From a virus (Duplodnaviria > Caudoviricetes), in the IMG/VR virus record IMGVR_UViG_2562617158_000001, positions 1-64,000 of that record: a DNA stretch of 64,000 bases; one strand, 5' to 3'. The stretch's first letter is position 1; each line of letters opens with the position of its first letter. A model generated the notes under the pieces. It saw only the letters and a program-made list of their open reading frames with translations. It ran no database searches and was not told the origin of the DNA. Both the position numbers and the translations under genes were made by a program. Shown piece by piece: positions 18,753 to 27,822 of this stretch.

Positions 18753-19019
18753 TTATTTCTCCTCCTCTTTCTCGATAGACAACAAGCAATCACCCATAAG
18801 GTCTTCTCTATTGTCGTAGTCATCAATATCACGGCCACAATAATAAGCTAACTGGTCGTATGCATCGCTGTCAACGACATCCCAGGAGTCAGCCTTGTCT
18901 GTTTCCTTTTCGATATAGTCATACAATTCTCTTGCGGACGGATTGTAGTAGTTTTCATTCCTTGCGGTTCTAACGTCGTTCGTCCAATTTCCATTGCCAT
19001 CTGTCCAAAGCATTGTCAA
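18753..19019 (-). CDS. Hypothetical acidic protein
   Basis: In leftward operon. Confidence 0.6.
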   Translation of the reverse strand: MTMLWTDGNGNWTNDVRTARNENYYNPSARELYDYIEKETDKADSWDVVDSDAYDQLAYYCGRDIDDYDNREDLMGDCLLSIEKEEEK

Positions 19020-19222
19020 TCATCCTCCTCTTCCAGTTTCTTTCTCATGTCCTTCTCGATGTAGTCGGCCATGATTTCTTTCAATGCATCCGTAATAGCA
19101 GATACGCTGTCAAATTCATCATCCATAAGGTCAGCCGCAATAGTATTCCCTGGTCCGAATGATAAAGTCGTATGGCCGTATTTGTTCTCTGCATTGATAT
19201 CAATCTCAATCGTTGCTTTCAT
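19016..19222 (-). CDS. Hypothetical acidic protein
   Basis: RBS AGGAGG; MKATIEID. Confidence 0.6.
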   Translation of the reverse strand: MKATIEIDINAENKYGHTTLSFGPGNTIAADLMDDEFDSVSAITDALKEIMADYIEKDMRKKLEEEDD

Positions 19223-19431
19223 TGTAATCATCCTCCTATTCCTATTACTTCCTGCGGATGTATTCAAGTTCGTCTAACACATAATCAAACCTACATCCAT
19301 GAACCGACGAATAAAGTGGACATCTACCACATTGATGTTCGTGAGTAGTAGTACGGCATCGCAAGTAATTTCCTTCATAGTTTCTACTTCTTTAATTATA
19401 TTTTCCAATCTTGTCATAACACTCGCTCCTA

Positions 19432-19704
19432 TTACTTCTTATCTACCCATTTGATTGTCTTTACAGGGACAACCTCTTGACATTCGACTTCCTCTTCGTC
19501 TTCCCAAGGCGTCCAATCCTCTGGCTCCTCTGGTTTATCATAACTAGCTCGATATGTCTTTCCGTCTACGTCCCTGAAAATCAACGTATGGTCGACCAGG
19601 CCACAATCAGCGTAGTCAATTGTATCCTCGATGAAATATTCGTTACACAAACTATATGGGAGACCAAGCTCCTCAATAAGATATTCCCTCTTGAATTTCT
19701 TCAT
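19432..19704 (-). CDS. Hypothetical acidic protein
   Basis: RBS AGGAG; MKKFKREYL. Confidence 0.65.
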   Translation of the reverse strand: MKKFKREYLIEELGLPYSLCNEYFIEDTIDYADCGLVDHTLIFRDVDGKTYRASYDKPEEPEDWTPWEDEEEVECQEVVPVKTIKWVDKK

Positions 19705-20318
19705 CGTAATCACTCCTATTTCATTTACTAGTTGCCCATACTACTAAAAACGTAAATATAATCCCTGCCGTAATCATTCCTTCATCATCTGCTACTTAAA
19801 ACATAGATAAATGTGCCTATGCTAAGATGTTTTGCTACAATCTCACGATTTGTAGTTCCTTGTTCATCATATCCGTCCTCGCCGTCAAAAGACAGGCTAC
19901 TAACGTTTGAGTGATACTCCAAAGGCGTAAATTCCCGACTAGCCATCGGTACATATTGACAGTATCTTGTTTGTGATATTCTGCCAATTACATCTAGTAG
20001 CTTTCTCCTTTCATAATATTTTGTTTTTGCGTATTGGTTCGCCAACCTTGCTTGGTTCTCGCATTTACCACTGTCCAACGGCTACCATCAGGGTTCTATC
20101 CCGTAGTTAGACGGACTGTTTCAACCGCCTCTGGCTTATTTCCAGCCGTTCCGACTGCTGTAAAGTCAGCACAAACTAACTCAATGGATTCTTTGAGTCT
20201 TTAGCATATTGCTACACTTTTATTCATATTTGAGCATCCTTTCAGTTGCTTAAATTTCCTGTTTTTATTCACCAGTTGACCATACAATCAAAAAAGGTAA
20301 ACAAAATAACAGCTGCAA

Positions 20319-21257
20319 TCATTCCTTCATCATCTGTCTGCTGACCAATACCTGTGCCGTATCCCTTGTTATAAGGTATGCTTTGATACTCCGAATCTGC
20401 TTCACGATCTCGTCCAGTTTCTCATCCACTGTATTCGACGTAGAGTCATCAGATTCCTTCATGGAATAGCTGCCAGTCTTACGAATGGACGGCAAGACTT
20501 CCGATGTTACCCAATGCTTGAACCGTCTCGCCGATTCCAGTTTGCTGCCAAAGATAAGGCTGTACATACCTGACTCATTGATTATTGTGAGTCCTCTCGG
20601 CGGCACATTGAGTCCTGTGATATTGATAGGAGAGGGGAATGGATTTCCCAAAGTACGTGATTCCCGTACTTTAGAACCATTCTCATTTATACCATTGATT
20701 TCCAAACGTCGCGTTTTGCGACCTTTAGAATTACCATTGTTGCCTAAACGCCCTAAAACAGGGCTTTTAGAACTATTCTCATTTACTACAACAATTCCCA
20801 TGCCATTCTTTTGCTTCAGTAACGCCTTATCTTCATCGTAAACATGTTCCCTGATAGCATTCCTTTCCTTTAAATACCCCAAGTCTTCGGCAACATCCTT
20901 GCCAACAAACCAGGGATTCCCATTCGCATCCTCAATGACACGTAGCTGCTGAAATTCCGAACACGAAAATGACATGACATTTCCAACTGGATTTGCCTGA
21001 ACCAACTCCCTGCCAAATCCCTGTACGCTCAATGCCTTATCCATGTCGCCAGTCGTGAATAACAGGATTCCTCTAGGGTATTTCCTGCTAGTCCTATTCT
21101 CATCCCCAAACATGACCGACTCTGCCCGTGTTAACTTCATAGGTTCAATCCCATGGCGTTTACAGAATGAATGAACGCCGTTGTATGAACTCACCCCGAT
21201 AATCTTCTTGAATTCCTTCATAGTGTATACTCGTTCACCTTTATAGAACATGACCAT
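20319..21257 (-). CDS. Bro-N domain antirepressor-like protein with internal insertion
   Basis: PWFVGKDVAEDLGY...IINESGMYSLIFGSKLESARRFKHWVTSEVLPSIRKTGSY. Confidence 0.85.
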   Translation of the reverse strand: MVMFYKGERVYTMKEFKKIIGVSSYNGVHSFCKRHGIEPMKLTRAESVMFGDENRTSRKYPRGILLFTTGDMDKALSVQGFGRELVQANPVGNVMSFSCSEFQQLRVIEDANGNPWFVGKDVAEDLGYLKERNAIREHVYDEDKALLKQKNGMGIVVVNENSSKSPVLGRLGNNGNSKGRKTRRLEINGINENGSKVRESRTLGNPFPSPINITGLNVPPRGLTIINESGMYSLIFGSKLESARRFKHWVTSEVLPSIRKTGSYSMKESDDSTSNTVDEKLDEIVKQIRSIKAYLITRDTAQVLVSRQMMKE

Positions 21258-22038
21258 ATACCTCCCTTAAAATATCCCTTGTCTTATCTTCGTCTATATT
21301 CAAGTATCCCATTGTCGTTGTGATACTCGCATGTCTCATGGCAACCTGTATGTCCTGCACGGGTATCCCATTACGCGACAAGGTATTAGCAAAGTACCTT
21401 CTCAGGCTATGCGCATGGAATGCCAGGCCGTTATCATGGAACTCGTTACGGATGAACTGTGCAAGGCCATTGCAGCTCATGCGCACCCCTCTGTGATTCA
21501 GGAAGAGGGCAGGGGACTCACTTTTTCTTTCCTTAATATATGCCTTGAGACTCGACAGGACGCGCGGATGGACTAACGGGATGATAGCATCGCGCTTTCC
21601 TTTGGTGTTCCGTAGTCTCAGCCTATGCCCATTCAGTATGTCATCCATGTCTAAACCAACAACTTCTCCAACGCGCAACCCATTGTAAGCCATCAGCGCG
21701 AACATAGCTCGATCTCTATGCGTTAACAGGTTGCCCCAGACAAGCTCAACGTCCTTATCCGTTGGGCACTCCTGTATAGTCACGTTCGGCCTATAGGACT
21801 TGATGAGTTTCTTATGTGCCTTGTCGTACATGTCATTATACTCAAGGGCAATACAGAGCACTTTAAGCGTTTGCTTTTTCGTACTGTCTGCAAGGTCATT
21901 TTCCAAGAACAACTTGATTTCATCCAATGAACCATCCTTGAAGTATCTCAAGGCATTCCGATAGTTCTTATATGTGTTATCCGACTTCGTTGCATGAACA
22001 TCATCCAGGAAGTCATGCCATAAACTCATGTCTCCCAT
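21241..22038 (-). CDS. Tyrosine recombinase/integrase (short, Xer-like)
   Basis: GLRVGE (R), TKG (K), HSLRR (HxxR), MRH..ITTTMGY (H, Y). Confidence 0.9.
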   Translation of the reverse strand: MGDMSLWHDFLDDVHATKSDNTYKNYRNALRYFKDGSLDEIKLFLENDLADSTKKQTLKVLCIALEYNDMYDKAHKKLIKSYRPNVTIQECPTDKDVELVWGNLLTHRDRAMFALMAYNGLRVGEVVGLDMDDILNGHRLRLRNTKGKRDAIIPLVHPRVLSSLKAYIKERKSESPALFLNHRGVRMSCNGLAQFIRNEFHDNGLAFHAHSLRRYFANTLSRNGIPVQDIQVAMRHASITTTMGYLNIDEDKTRDILREVYGHVL

Positions 22039-22237
22039 GTTCTTCCCATCTCCTCTCAGCAGCCGAACGTACAACCTTATCCTTCATGGTACGAATCAAT
22101 GGACGCTCCCCAAGGTTATACAGTGCCCATACCCTGTGCTCTGTTTCCAGACAATAGCAGGGGACACGCCATTTCCTTTTTCTATCCTTGTTATACTCAG
22201 GCTCTCCAATAAGCCTATATGTCAACACGTGTTTCAT
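22013..22237 (-). CDS. Hypothetical protein
   Basis: RBS GGAGG; MKHVLTY. Confidence 0.55.
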   Translation of the reverse strand: MKHVLTYRLIGEPEYNKDRKRKWRVPCYCLETEHRVWALYNLGERPLIRTMKDKVVRSAAERRWEEHGRHEFMA

Positions 22238-22413
22238 TTGCCAAACCTCCAAACGCCGTTGCTTTCCTCTACGTGAAAATGGGATTCCTTGCCGTCAATC
22301 GTGTTGTATACTGTGCCACCTTCTCCAATTTTCCAGATACCATCAATGTAGAAACGCTTGATTTTCTCCAACATTTCCCGCTTAGAATATGCTTCTAAAA
22401 TAATCCTCTCCAT
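22234..22413 (-). CDS. Hypothetical protein
   Basis: MERIILEAYSK; overlap chain. Confidence 0.55.
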   Translation of the reverse strand: MERIILEAYSKREMLEKIKRFYIDGIWKIGEGGTVYNTIDGKESHFHVEESNGVWRFGK

Positions 22414-22417
22414 GTCA

Positions 22418-22588
22418 TTACCCTGCCTTCCTATGCACCTTATAGCGATCCGCAACACGTTCCAGGGCTATCCGTTGGATTTTCCCTAGTGTATACACGT
22501 CATCGCATGGCGTTCCTCTTGCAAGATTCCTGTATTCCTTCCGTACATCTTCCGTGAATTCACGAATAAACGTGTTGAATTCCTTCAT
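22418..22588 (-). CDS. Hypothetical protein (56 aa, not in ORF track)
   Basis: RBS AGGAGG; MKEFNTFIREF...KAG. Confidence 0.55.
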   Translation of the reverse strand: MKEFNTFIREFTEDVRKEYRNLARGTPCDDVYTLGKIQRIALERVADRYKVHRKAG

Positions 22589-22600
22589 GTTTATACCTCC

Positions 22601-22945
22601 TTAACCAATAGCAGGTGTTCTCATAGCGTTATGTCCATCGTTTACGCCACTGTTATAGGCATGTTCGTTGCAGGATACGTTTGTATGCGTTACCCTGGCA
22701 TATGGGAAAAGCTCCTGGACTTTATCGTCAACCTCCATTGACTTCTTGACGTCCTTAATGCTTTCCTCTAGCTCTTCTAGAGCCAGGCGGATGGATGCAT
22801 TCTCTTCCTCTAGCTCGCTATGTCTTTCCGTAACCTCTTCATCGACGCGACGAGAGATGTAATGCTCTATAGCCTTCTCGATCTCTACGGCTTCCGCCAT
22901 AGTAAAGCGCGAACGAATTAACTTCTGTACCTCTAGAATAGTCAT
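22601..22945 (-). CDS. Hypothetical coiled-coil protein
   Basis: RBS GGAGGG. Confidence 0.6.
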   Translation of the reverse strand: MTILEVQKLIRSRFTMAEAVEIEKAIEHYISRRVDEEVTERHSELEEENASIRLALEELEESIKDVKKSMEVDDKVQELFPYARVTHTNVSCNEHAYNSGVNDGHNAMRTPAIG

Positions 22946-22948
22946 ATA

Positions 22949-23248
22949 TCATCCCTCCAATAATTCCAAGGCCACATAGTTTTCTTCTTTTTTGTTGCAG
23001 CAGATGTAAACACCTTTATTTCTCGTCTCAACCATAGCAAAATCCTTGCCACAGCAATGCTCTACAATTCTTCTCGTTGTCGCTGCTACCTTATTCCAGC
23101 ATTCGCCCATCTCGTTATCGCAAACCCACTCATCACGCTTTTTCTTGGAGTCGAATGCGTAAAAGGTAAAGGCATTTCCTCTACCTCCAAACGATTCGTA
23201 AGAGATGTTAACGCCATACTCGTAATACTCAGCATAGTACATTCTCAT
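22949..23248 (-). CDS. Hypothetical protein
   Basis: RBS AGGAGG. Confidence 0.65.
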   Translation of the reverse strand: MRMYYAEYYEYGVNISYESFGGRGNAFTFYAFDSKKKRDEWVCDNEMGECWNKVAATTRRIVEHCCGKDFAMVETRNKGVYICCNKKEENYVALELLEG

Positions 23249-23290
23249 TTCAATTACCTCCTATAAAGTTAACCACTAGTTGATACCGTA

Positions 23291-23322
23291 GAGCCTACAA
23301 AAGTGTTATCCCTTGTAGGCTC
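23291..23322 (-). terminator. Hairpin, putative terminator within leftward arm
   Basis: GAGCCTACAA...TTGTAGGCTC inverted repeat between genes. Confidence 0.45.
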
Positions 23323-23332
23323 TGGCTACCAA

Positions 23333-23773
23333 TTAGAAGTCATAGCATCTTGCGCCGTTTACGTAGAACCAAACCTTGCAGGTTTTACAGTATTCCGCGA
23401 TACACTCTGGTGTAGCCTGATATTTGTGGAAATACTTAACATACGCATTGTCTAACCATTCTGCAACGGAATAGCCGTACTGATTCCACTTCAGGTCAAC
23501 GAGCAGATTTGACATGATAATGTTTTTCAGCTCGACGTTATTCATTTCGTCAAGTGTAGCCAATGCGCTAGCCAGGTTAATGTCAGAATTCTGCTTGCCA
23601 AGGAATCTAGCACCAGTCCAATAGATGCCATCGAACGCCTTGCAGATGATTTTCGCGCAGTCTGCAAGTTCCTGCTTAATGATAAGGTTATGATCGCCCG
23701 CCATAACTCTGTATGCGCTTGCCTTGGCACTCTTGCCCAGTTCCTCGTAGGAATACAGCGTAATCTTTTTCAT
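23333..23773 (-). CDS. Hypothetical protein
   Basis: RBS GAAAGGA; MKKITLYSYEEL. Confidence 0.65.
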   Translation of the reverse strand: MKKITLYSYEELGKSAKASAYRVMAGDHNLIIKQELADCAKIICKAFDGIYWTGARFLGKQNSDINLASALATLDEMNNVELKNIIMSNLLVDLKWNQYGYSVAEWLDNAYVKYFHKYQATPECIAEYCKTCKVWFYVNGARCYDF

Positions 23774-23779
23774 TTCAAT

Positions 23780-23947
23780 TCATCCTTTCTGGCTATGATA
23801 CATGTAAACACCTAATCCGATTACATACAATCCCAAAAGCGTATGGGACTGAACAAACCCACCTACGTCAAATACTGGCGCGATAGGGGAAAACCATCCT
23901 GCTACCATCGTCAGGATCAGCAAAACAACAAGCATGACCTTTTCCAT
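23780..23947 (-). CDS. Small membrane protein (2 TM)
   Basis: MEKVMLVVLLILTMVAGW...LLGLYVIGLGVYMY. Confidence 0.55.
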   Translation of the reverse strand: MEKVMLVVLLILTMVAGWFSPIAPVFDVGGFVQSHTLLGLYVIGLGVYMYHSQKG

Positions 23948-24015
23948 TTTTATCCACTTCCTTTTAATTGTTCTAGTGTGCGGACTATCATGGGGATAAT
24001 CCGTACAAAGAGCAA

Positions 24016-24684
24016 TCAAAAGTCCATCAGAAATGCTCGCGTCTTCTTCTTGTTCGTTCCATGGACAGGAAATACTATGACTTCTTTCCTTCCTTTCTTC
24101 CAACACTTGCCACAATCACGGCATGTCATGTTTTTGTCATGACTTGCAGGACAGAGTCTATAGGTTATCCCGTCAATACGACGAGCGGCCTTGTCTTTCT
24201 GTGTCCACTCATATACCGCCAATACAGCAGGCACATGATTTTCACGGCATTCCATAACCTGGCTTAATGTCTCGCATGACATATTAATGACAAAGCCATT
24301 TTCTGCCGCCTTGTGAATCAGCTGAAAATTCTCTGCCGACTTGCTAGCATGCGTATAGGTGTATGCCTTAACACCCTTATATGCTCTAGACAAATCGCGA
24401 ATCAATTCGCCGTCAAGTTCGTCAGTGTCATGGATACACATATCGCCGGCCACATTGTGGCGCAACACTTTTGTATGGCCTTTTGATTCCATCATGTCAG
24501 CAAGGGTTTTTGATGTGCAATTACTCTGCACCCAATGGCGGCGAGTGGTGAAATTTTCACCATAGCATCCGTGACACTTAAACGGGCAGGACTTTGGACA
24601 GGTGTGGGGATCACTATACGTTTGTGAAATATCTCCTGTTTTCGTGTTGCAGGAATGTGCGACGTACTTCATTTTGGTTACCAT
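24016..24684 (-). CDS. Cys-rich conserved-looking phage protein (possible Fe-S/radical-SAM-like)
   Basis: KTGDI, CPKSCPFKCHGCY, LRHNVAGD, YTYTH, CPA..CRDCGKC. Confidence 0.6.
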   Translation of the reverse strand: MVTKMKYVAHSCNTKTGDISQTYSDPHTCPKSCPFKCHGCYGENFTTRRHWVQSNCTSKTLADMMESKGHTKVLRHNVAGDMCIHDTDELDGELIRDLSRAYKGVKAYTYTHASKSAENFQLIHKAAENGFVINMSCETLSQVMECRENHVPAVLAVYEWTQKDKAARRIDGITYRLCPASHDKNMTCRDCGKCWKKGRKEVIVFPVHGTNKKKTRAFLMDF

Positions 24685-25145
24685 ATGATATTACATCTCC
24701 TCTCAGTTCCGTCCGTACGGAATGAATAGAAATTATCTCCTACAATGATATGGTCAAGAACAGGTACATCAAGAATATGTCCCGCTTTGACAAGTCTTTC
24801 TGTAATCGCCTTGTCTTCACGGCTTGGCGTAACGTCTCCACTTGGATGATTATGAAACACGAAGCAAGCGGCCGCGTTTGCCAACAAACAAGGCTGGAAA
24901 ACCTCTCTAGGATGTACGAGAGAACAGTTTAGCGTTCCCTTTGTCACAACGGTAACACACAAGGGTTTACTCTTAGAGTCAATGGGCACGACAATGAACA
25001 GTTCACAAGGGACTGTGTCAAAGTCGATAACGCTCTTAATGAATTCGGCGGCGTCTTCTGGAGAATGCAAGGTTCTTGGGACGTCGTACTTGTGCGAGGA
25101 TTCCTTAACGAGCTGTACACTCATACGCTTGATAATGGTTTTCAT
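24678..25145 (-). CDS. RadC-like JAB domain protein
   Basis: GTLNCSLVHPREVF, HNHPSGD, S.ED, VLDHIIVG. Confidence 0.9.
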   Translation of the reverse strand: MKTIIKRMSVQLVKESSHKYDVPRTLHSPEDAAEFIKSVIDFDTVPCELFIVVPIDSKSKPLCVTVVTKGTLNCSLVHPREVFQPCLLANAAACFVFHNHPSGDVTPSREDKAITERLVKAGHILDVPVLDHIIVGDNFYSFRTDGTERRCNIIW

Positions 25146-25146
25146 A

Positions 25147-25395
25147 TTACTCATCCTCCTCATATTCTTCTGCTTTTAGCGCGTCGATTACAGTGGCGGC
25201 CTGGTCACTCATCGTTGTGCCCTCTACAGACTCGCTGTACACGACAGCAGGGGCATCCCAATGGCAACCATCCCAATTCTCTGCTTTCGCAATGGCATTA
25301 CGTGCCGCCTTGGGGATCACGGCATAGATTTTTGTTGTTGTGATGTAGTTGTTACCGTAATATTCTGTGTAGCTCTCGTAAATAAACCTCTTCAT
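25147..25395 (-). CDS. Hypothetical protein
   Basis: MKRFIYESY; in operon. Confidence 0.6.
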   Translation of the reverse strand: MKRFIYESYTEYYGNNYITTTKIYAVIPKAARNAIAKAENWDGCHWDAPAVVYSESVEGTTMSDQAATVIDALKAEEYEEDE

Positions 25396-25400
25396 ATTAG

Positions 25401-25661
25401 TCACCCTTTATCTCCATATGCCTTAGCATATTCAGACTTGATTTTCTTCCTCAGATATTTCGGAAGGCACTCTGGAAAGTCAGCAGAAATAACAATCTTC
25501 CCATTTTTCTTGTCTGCGGCAAAGGACATGCAAGTGCCAAAGCTAGGAATGATAACCCCGACATATTCAAGCCATCCCGACATACGTCCATCTGGCCATA
25601 TATTCGATACTTGAATCTCCCAATTTCTGCACTTGATGAGTGTGTTCATAAACTTCTTCAT
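25401..25661 (-). CDS. Hypothetical protein
   Basis: RBS AAAGGGG. Confidence 0.6.
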   Translation of the reverse strand: MKKFMNTLIKCRNWEIQVSNIWPDGRMSGWLEYVGVIIPSFGTCMSFAADKKNGKIVISADFPECLPKYLRKKIKSEYAKAYGDKG

Positions 25662-25677
25662 GATTAAATCCCCTTTC

Positions 25678-26136
25678 TCATGCTTCTCTCTTAATACCTA
25701 ATACAAAGTCGAATTTATCGGCAAGAATCTCAGGAATCACAACGGCCCCAAACATTGCAGCCAATGACAATGCTACCATGGGCGCGACATATGGGCGCAA
25801 GGCATGGCCGTCGATGTATCCAATGATAACGGCGAGAATCAGGAACACCTGGGGAATCATGACAATGGCCGACACGATGAAGAACGTGACATTCTCAACG
25901 TAATTAAGGGAACGATTGACGCGCACAACGTCTTCATCGGCCATCGCCCAGTGACGTTTGAAGCCGCCAGCGATGTGACGGTCAAGTGCATCACGATGTA
26001 GATGGAACTTCTTGACGATGTCCGCCTTTGCCATACGTTCGACACGGCCAGACGCCCAACGGATGGCATAGTGTTCGCCCTTGTAGACGATAGCGCACGG
26101 ACGGTTTTGAATGGAAATCTGTTCATAGCCTTTCAT
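25678..26136 (-). CDS. Hypothetical membrane protein, first gene of leftward arm
   Basis: RBS AAAGGGG; two C-terminal TM segments. Confidence 0.65.
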   Translation of the reverse strand: MKGYEQISIQNRPCAIVYKGEHYAIRWASGRVERMAKADIVKKFHLHRDALDRHIAGGFKRHWAMADEDVVRVNRSLNYVENVTFFIVSAIVMIPQVFLILAVIIGYIDGHALRPYVAPMVALSLAAMFGAVVIPEILADKFDFVLGIKREA

Positions 26137-26137
26137 T

Positions 26138-26166
26138 TTGAAAACCCCTTTCAGATGTGTTATAAT
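26138..26166 (+). promoter_or_regulatory. Rightward sigma70 promoter, antisense to leader of leftward arm
   Basis: TTGAAA-17-TATAAT with TG extended -10. Confidence 0.55.
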
Positions 26167-26718
26167 AGAGTTAACATCATATTGCAGGGCTTAATATTGA
26201 TGTATTCTGTCCGTTCCTCCGTTTTGATCCTTTGGCAACATCGGGAATCTCAGTTACTCAATCAGGGACGCAGGATAAAATCCGTTGTGTGTTCGCTGAG
26301 TACCAATATTAAGCACTGTATATACAAGGTTAACATTGGATTGTCATCGCTATCGTGCGGGTTTGTAGTCTCATCTCTGAGGCATAGCCCGTGTCATGCA
26401 CAATCAGTCTTTCGACGGTTCACTACGTTATTTTGGTTCGCTGCAACATTACAGCGTTTACATTATTTGGTTGTCTTATTTCTTTATCTCTCTCTTTATC
26501 TTGACTATAGTATACCGCAAAATAGCTGTATAGTACATCAATAGAATCACTTGTTACAGCTTATTAACACACATTATATCGCAATATCGCTGCATATCTC
26601 ACTCGATCGCATTAATGCTCTTGATTTCAAAAAGGCGTCAAAACAGATGTGCAGTACAAGGGGACACGTAGCGGATCAGTCAATATGCAATGCATATATG
26701 TATAGTATGCAATAGGAG

Positions 26719-26949
26719 ATGTATAACATGTCATTAAAACACAAATTAAAGGTACTATGTGCTAATAATGATATAACATTATTAGACATAATGAAGGCAT
26801 ATAATAAAGCATATGACAAGTCAATGGTATCTCAGACATTCTATAGAATGGTAAATAGTAACAATATGCGTTACAACCAATTATCAGATATGCTTGACTC
26901 AATTGGCTATGAAATTGTATTCCGACGCAAGCGCGATGGGGATCAGTAG
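26719..26949 (+). CDS. Small putative HTH DNA-binding protein
   Basis: RBS AGGAG; helical pattern ...MLDSIGYEIVF typical of XRE-like C-termini. Confidence 0.55.
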   Translation: MYNMSLKHKLKVLCANNDITLLDIMKAYNKAYDKSMVSQTFYRMVNSNNMRYNQLSDMLDSIGYEIVFRRKRDGDQ

Positions 26950-27593
26950 AATTGTTTTTCTAAATTCAATTTGATTCAATGGATGAAAGCAGCCAAATAC
27001 ACATGAATGGCCGTTCACATGTATTGATCCTTATTGTGTTTCCGTTGTATGCGTTGATGTTACGTTGAGTTCCCGTTGTGTAGCCAATGAGATTACAACG
27101 AGATACCGTTGTATATTCCATTGTCATGACAGGCGTGTTGACAGATTGACGCGCGTTCTATACCACTAATATATTGACGTTCATCAATATGTTATCAAGG
27201 GAATAGTCATTGATCCTGACGATGGTATCTCGTTGTAATTCGCCTGGTTACAATGAATATCTATGTCATTCATTGAGATGCATTATCATATAATTGTCAT
27301 CATTGGTATCACAATGACAGCAGCGCACAAGGCAATGACACATTACTGTATGTAATATTAGGTTGTAAATGGCGTAATATAATGGGTTATCGCGATGGAG
27401 ATCGATACGTCCGCAAATCGGATACACTGATGGGGCGGTGCATTTCATCGTACCAATTTGGGAAACGTTGTCAGGAAAGTTCGCGGCATAGTCCCAACAC
27501 AAACCGCGCACCTCATTGGAATTTCTACGTCATGCACCGTATTCATTGTGTCTCATTAAATTTCATGCAATTTCATTAAAAAACACCGCAATC

Positions 27594-27689
27594 CCCTTGT
27601 GCCACAAGGGTTTATCGAAGGTGAAACAGGGTAATCCGTTACCATTTCGTTGCAGAATCGTGCTCTACCCTTGTAAATCAAGGGTTTAT
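27594..27689. repeat. Two copies of palindrome CCCTTG-N5-CAAGGG-TTTAT
   Basis: 27594-27615 and 27668-27689, 74 bp apart. Confidence 0.8.
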
Positions 27690-27772
27690 ACAAGGTGATA
27701 CGGGTGATTCCTAAATGGGCACACAGGACAATCTGGACGTTCAGAAAAATTTTTTATATTTTTTTGAGATTT

Positions 27773-27822
27773 ACCGAACAAATACCCCCATTTTTCGACA
27801 TTATATATAGAGGGGTAATTTT
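27773..27822 (+). promoter_or_regulatory. Phage-specific promoter-like motif, copy 1
   Basis: ACCGAACAA-N16-ACATTATATATAGAGGG; also at 30721 and 52049. Confidence 0.7.

Noticed and set aside
19240-19417. Small gene between 19222 and 19432
   Set aside because: The ATG-led frame (47 aa) and a more protein-like Cys frame disagree; cannot decide without homologues
19785-20078. ORF-track 97-aa protein
   Set aside because: GTG start without a clear RBS and no recognisable motifs; treated as non-coding
26002-26544. ORF-track 180-aa plus-strand protein
   Set aside because: Overlaps a better-supported minus-strand gene, contains a promoter, and has atypical composition
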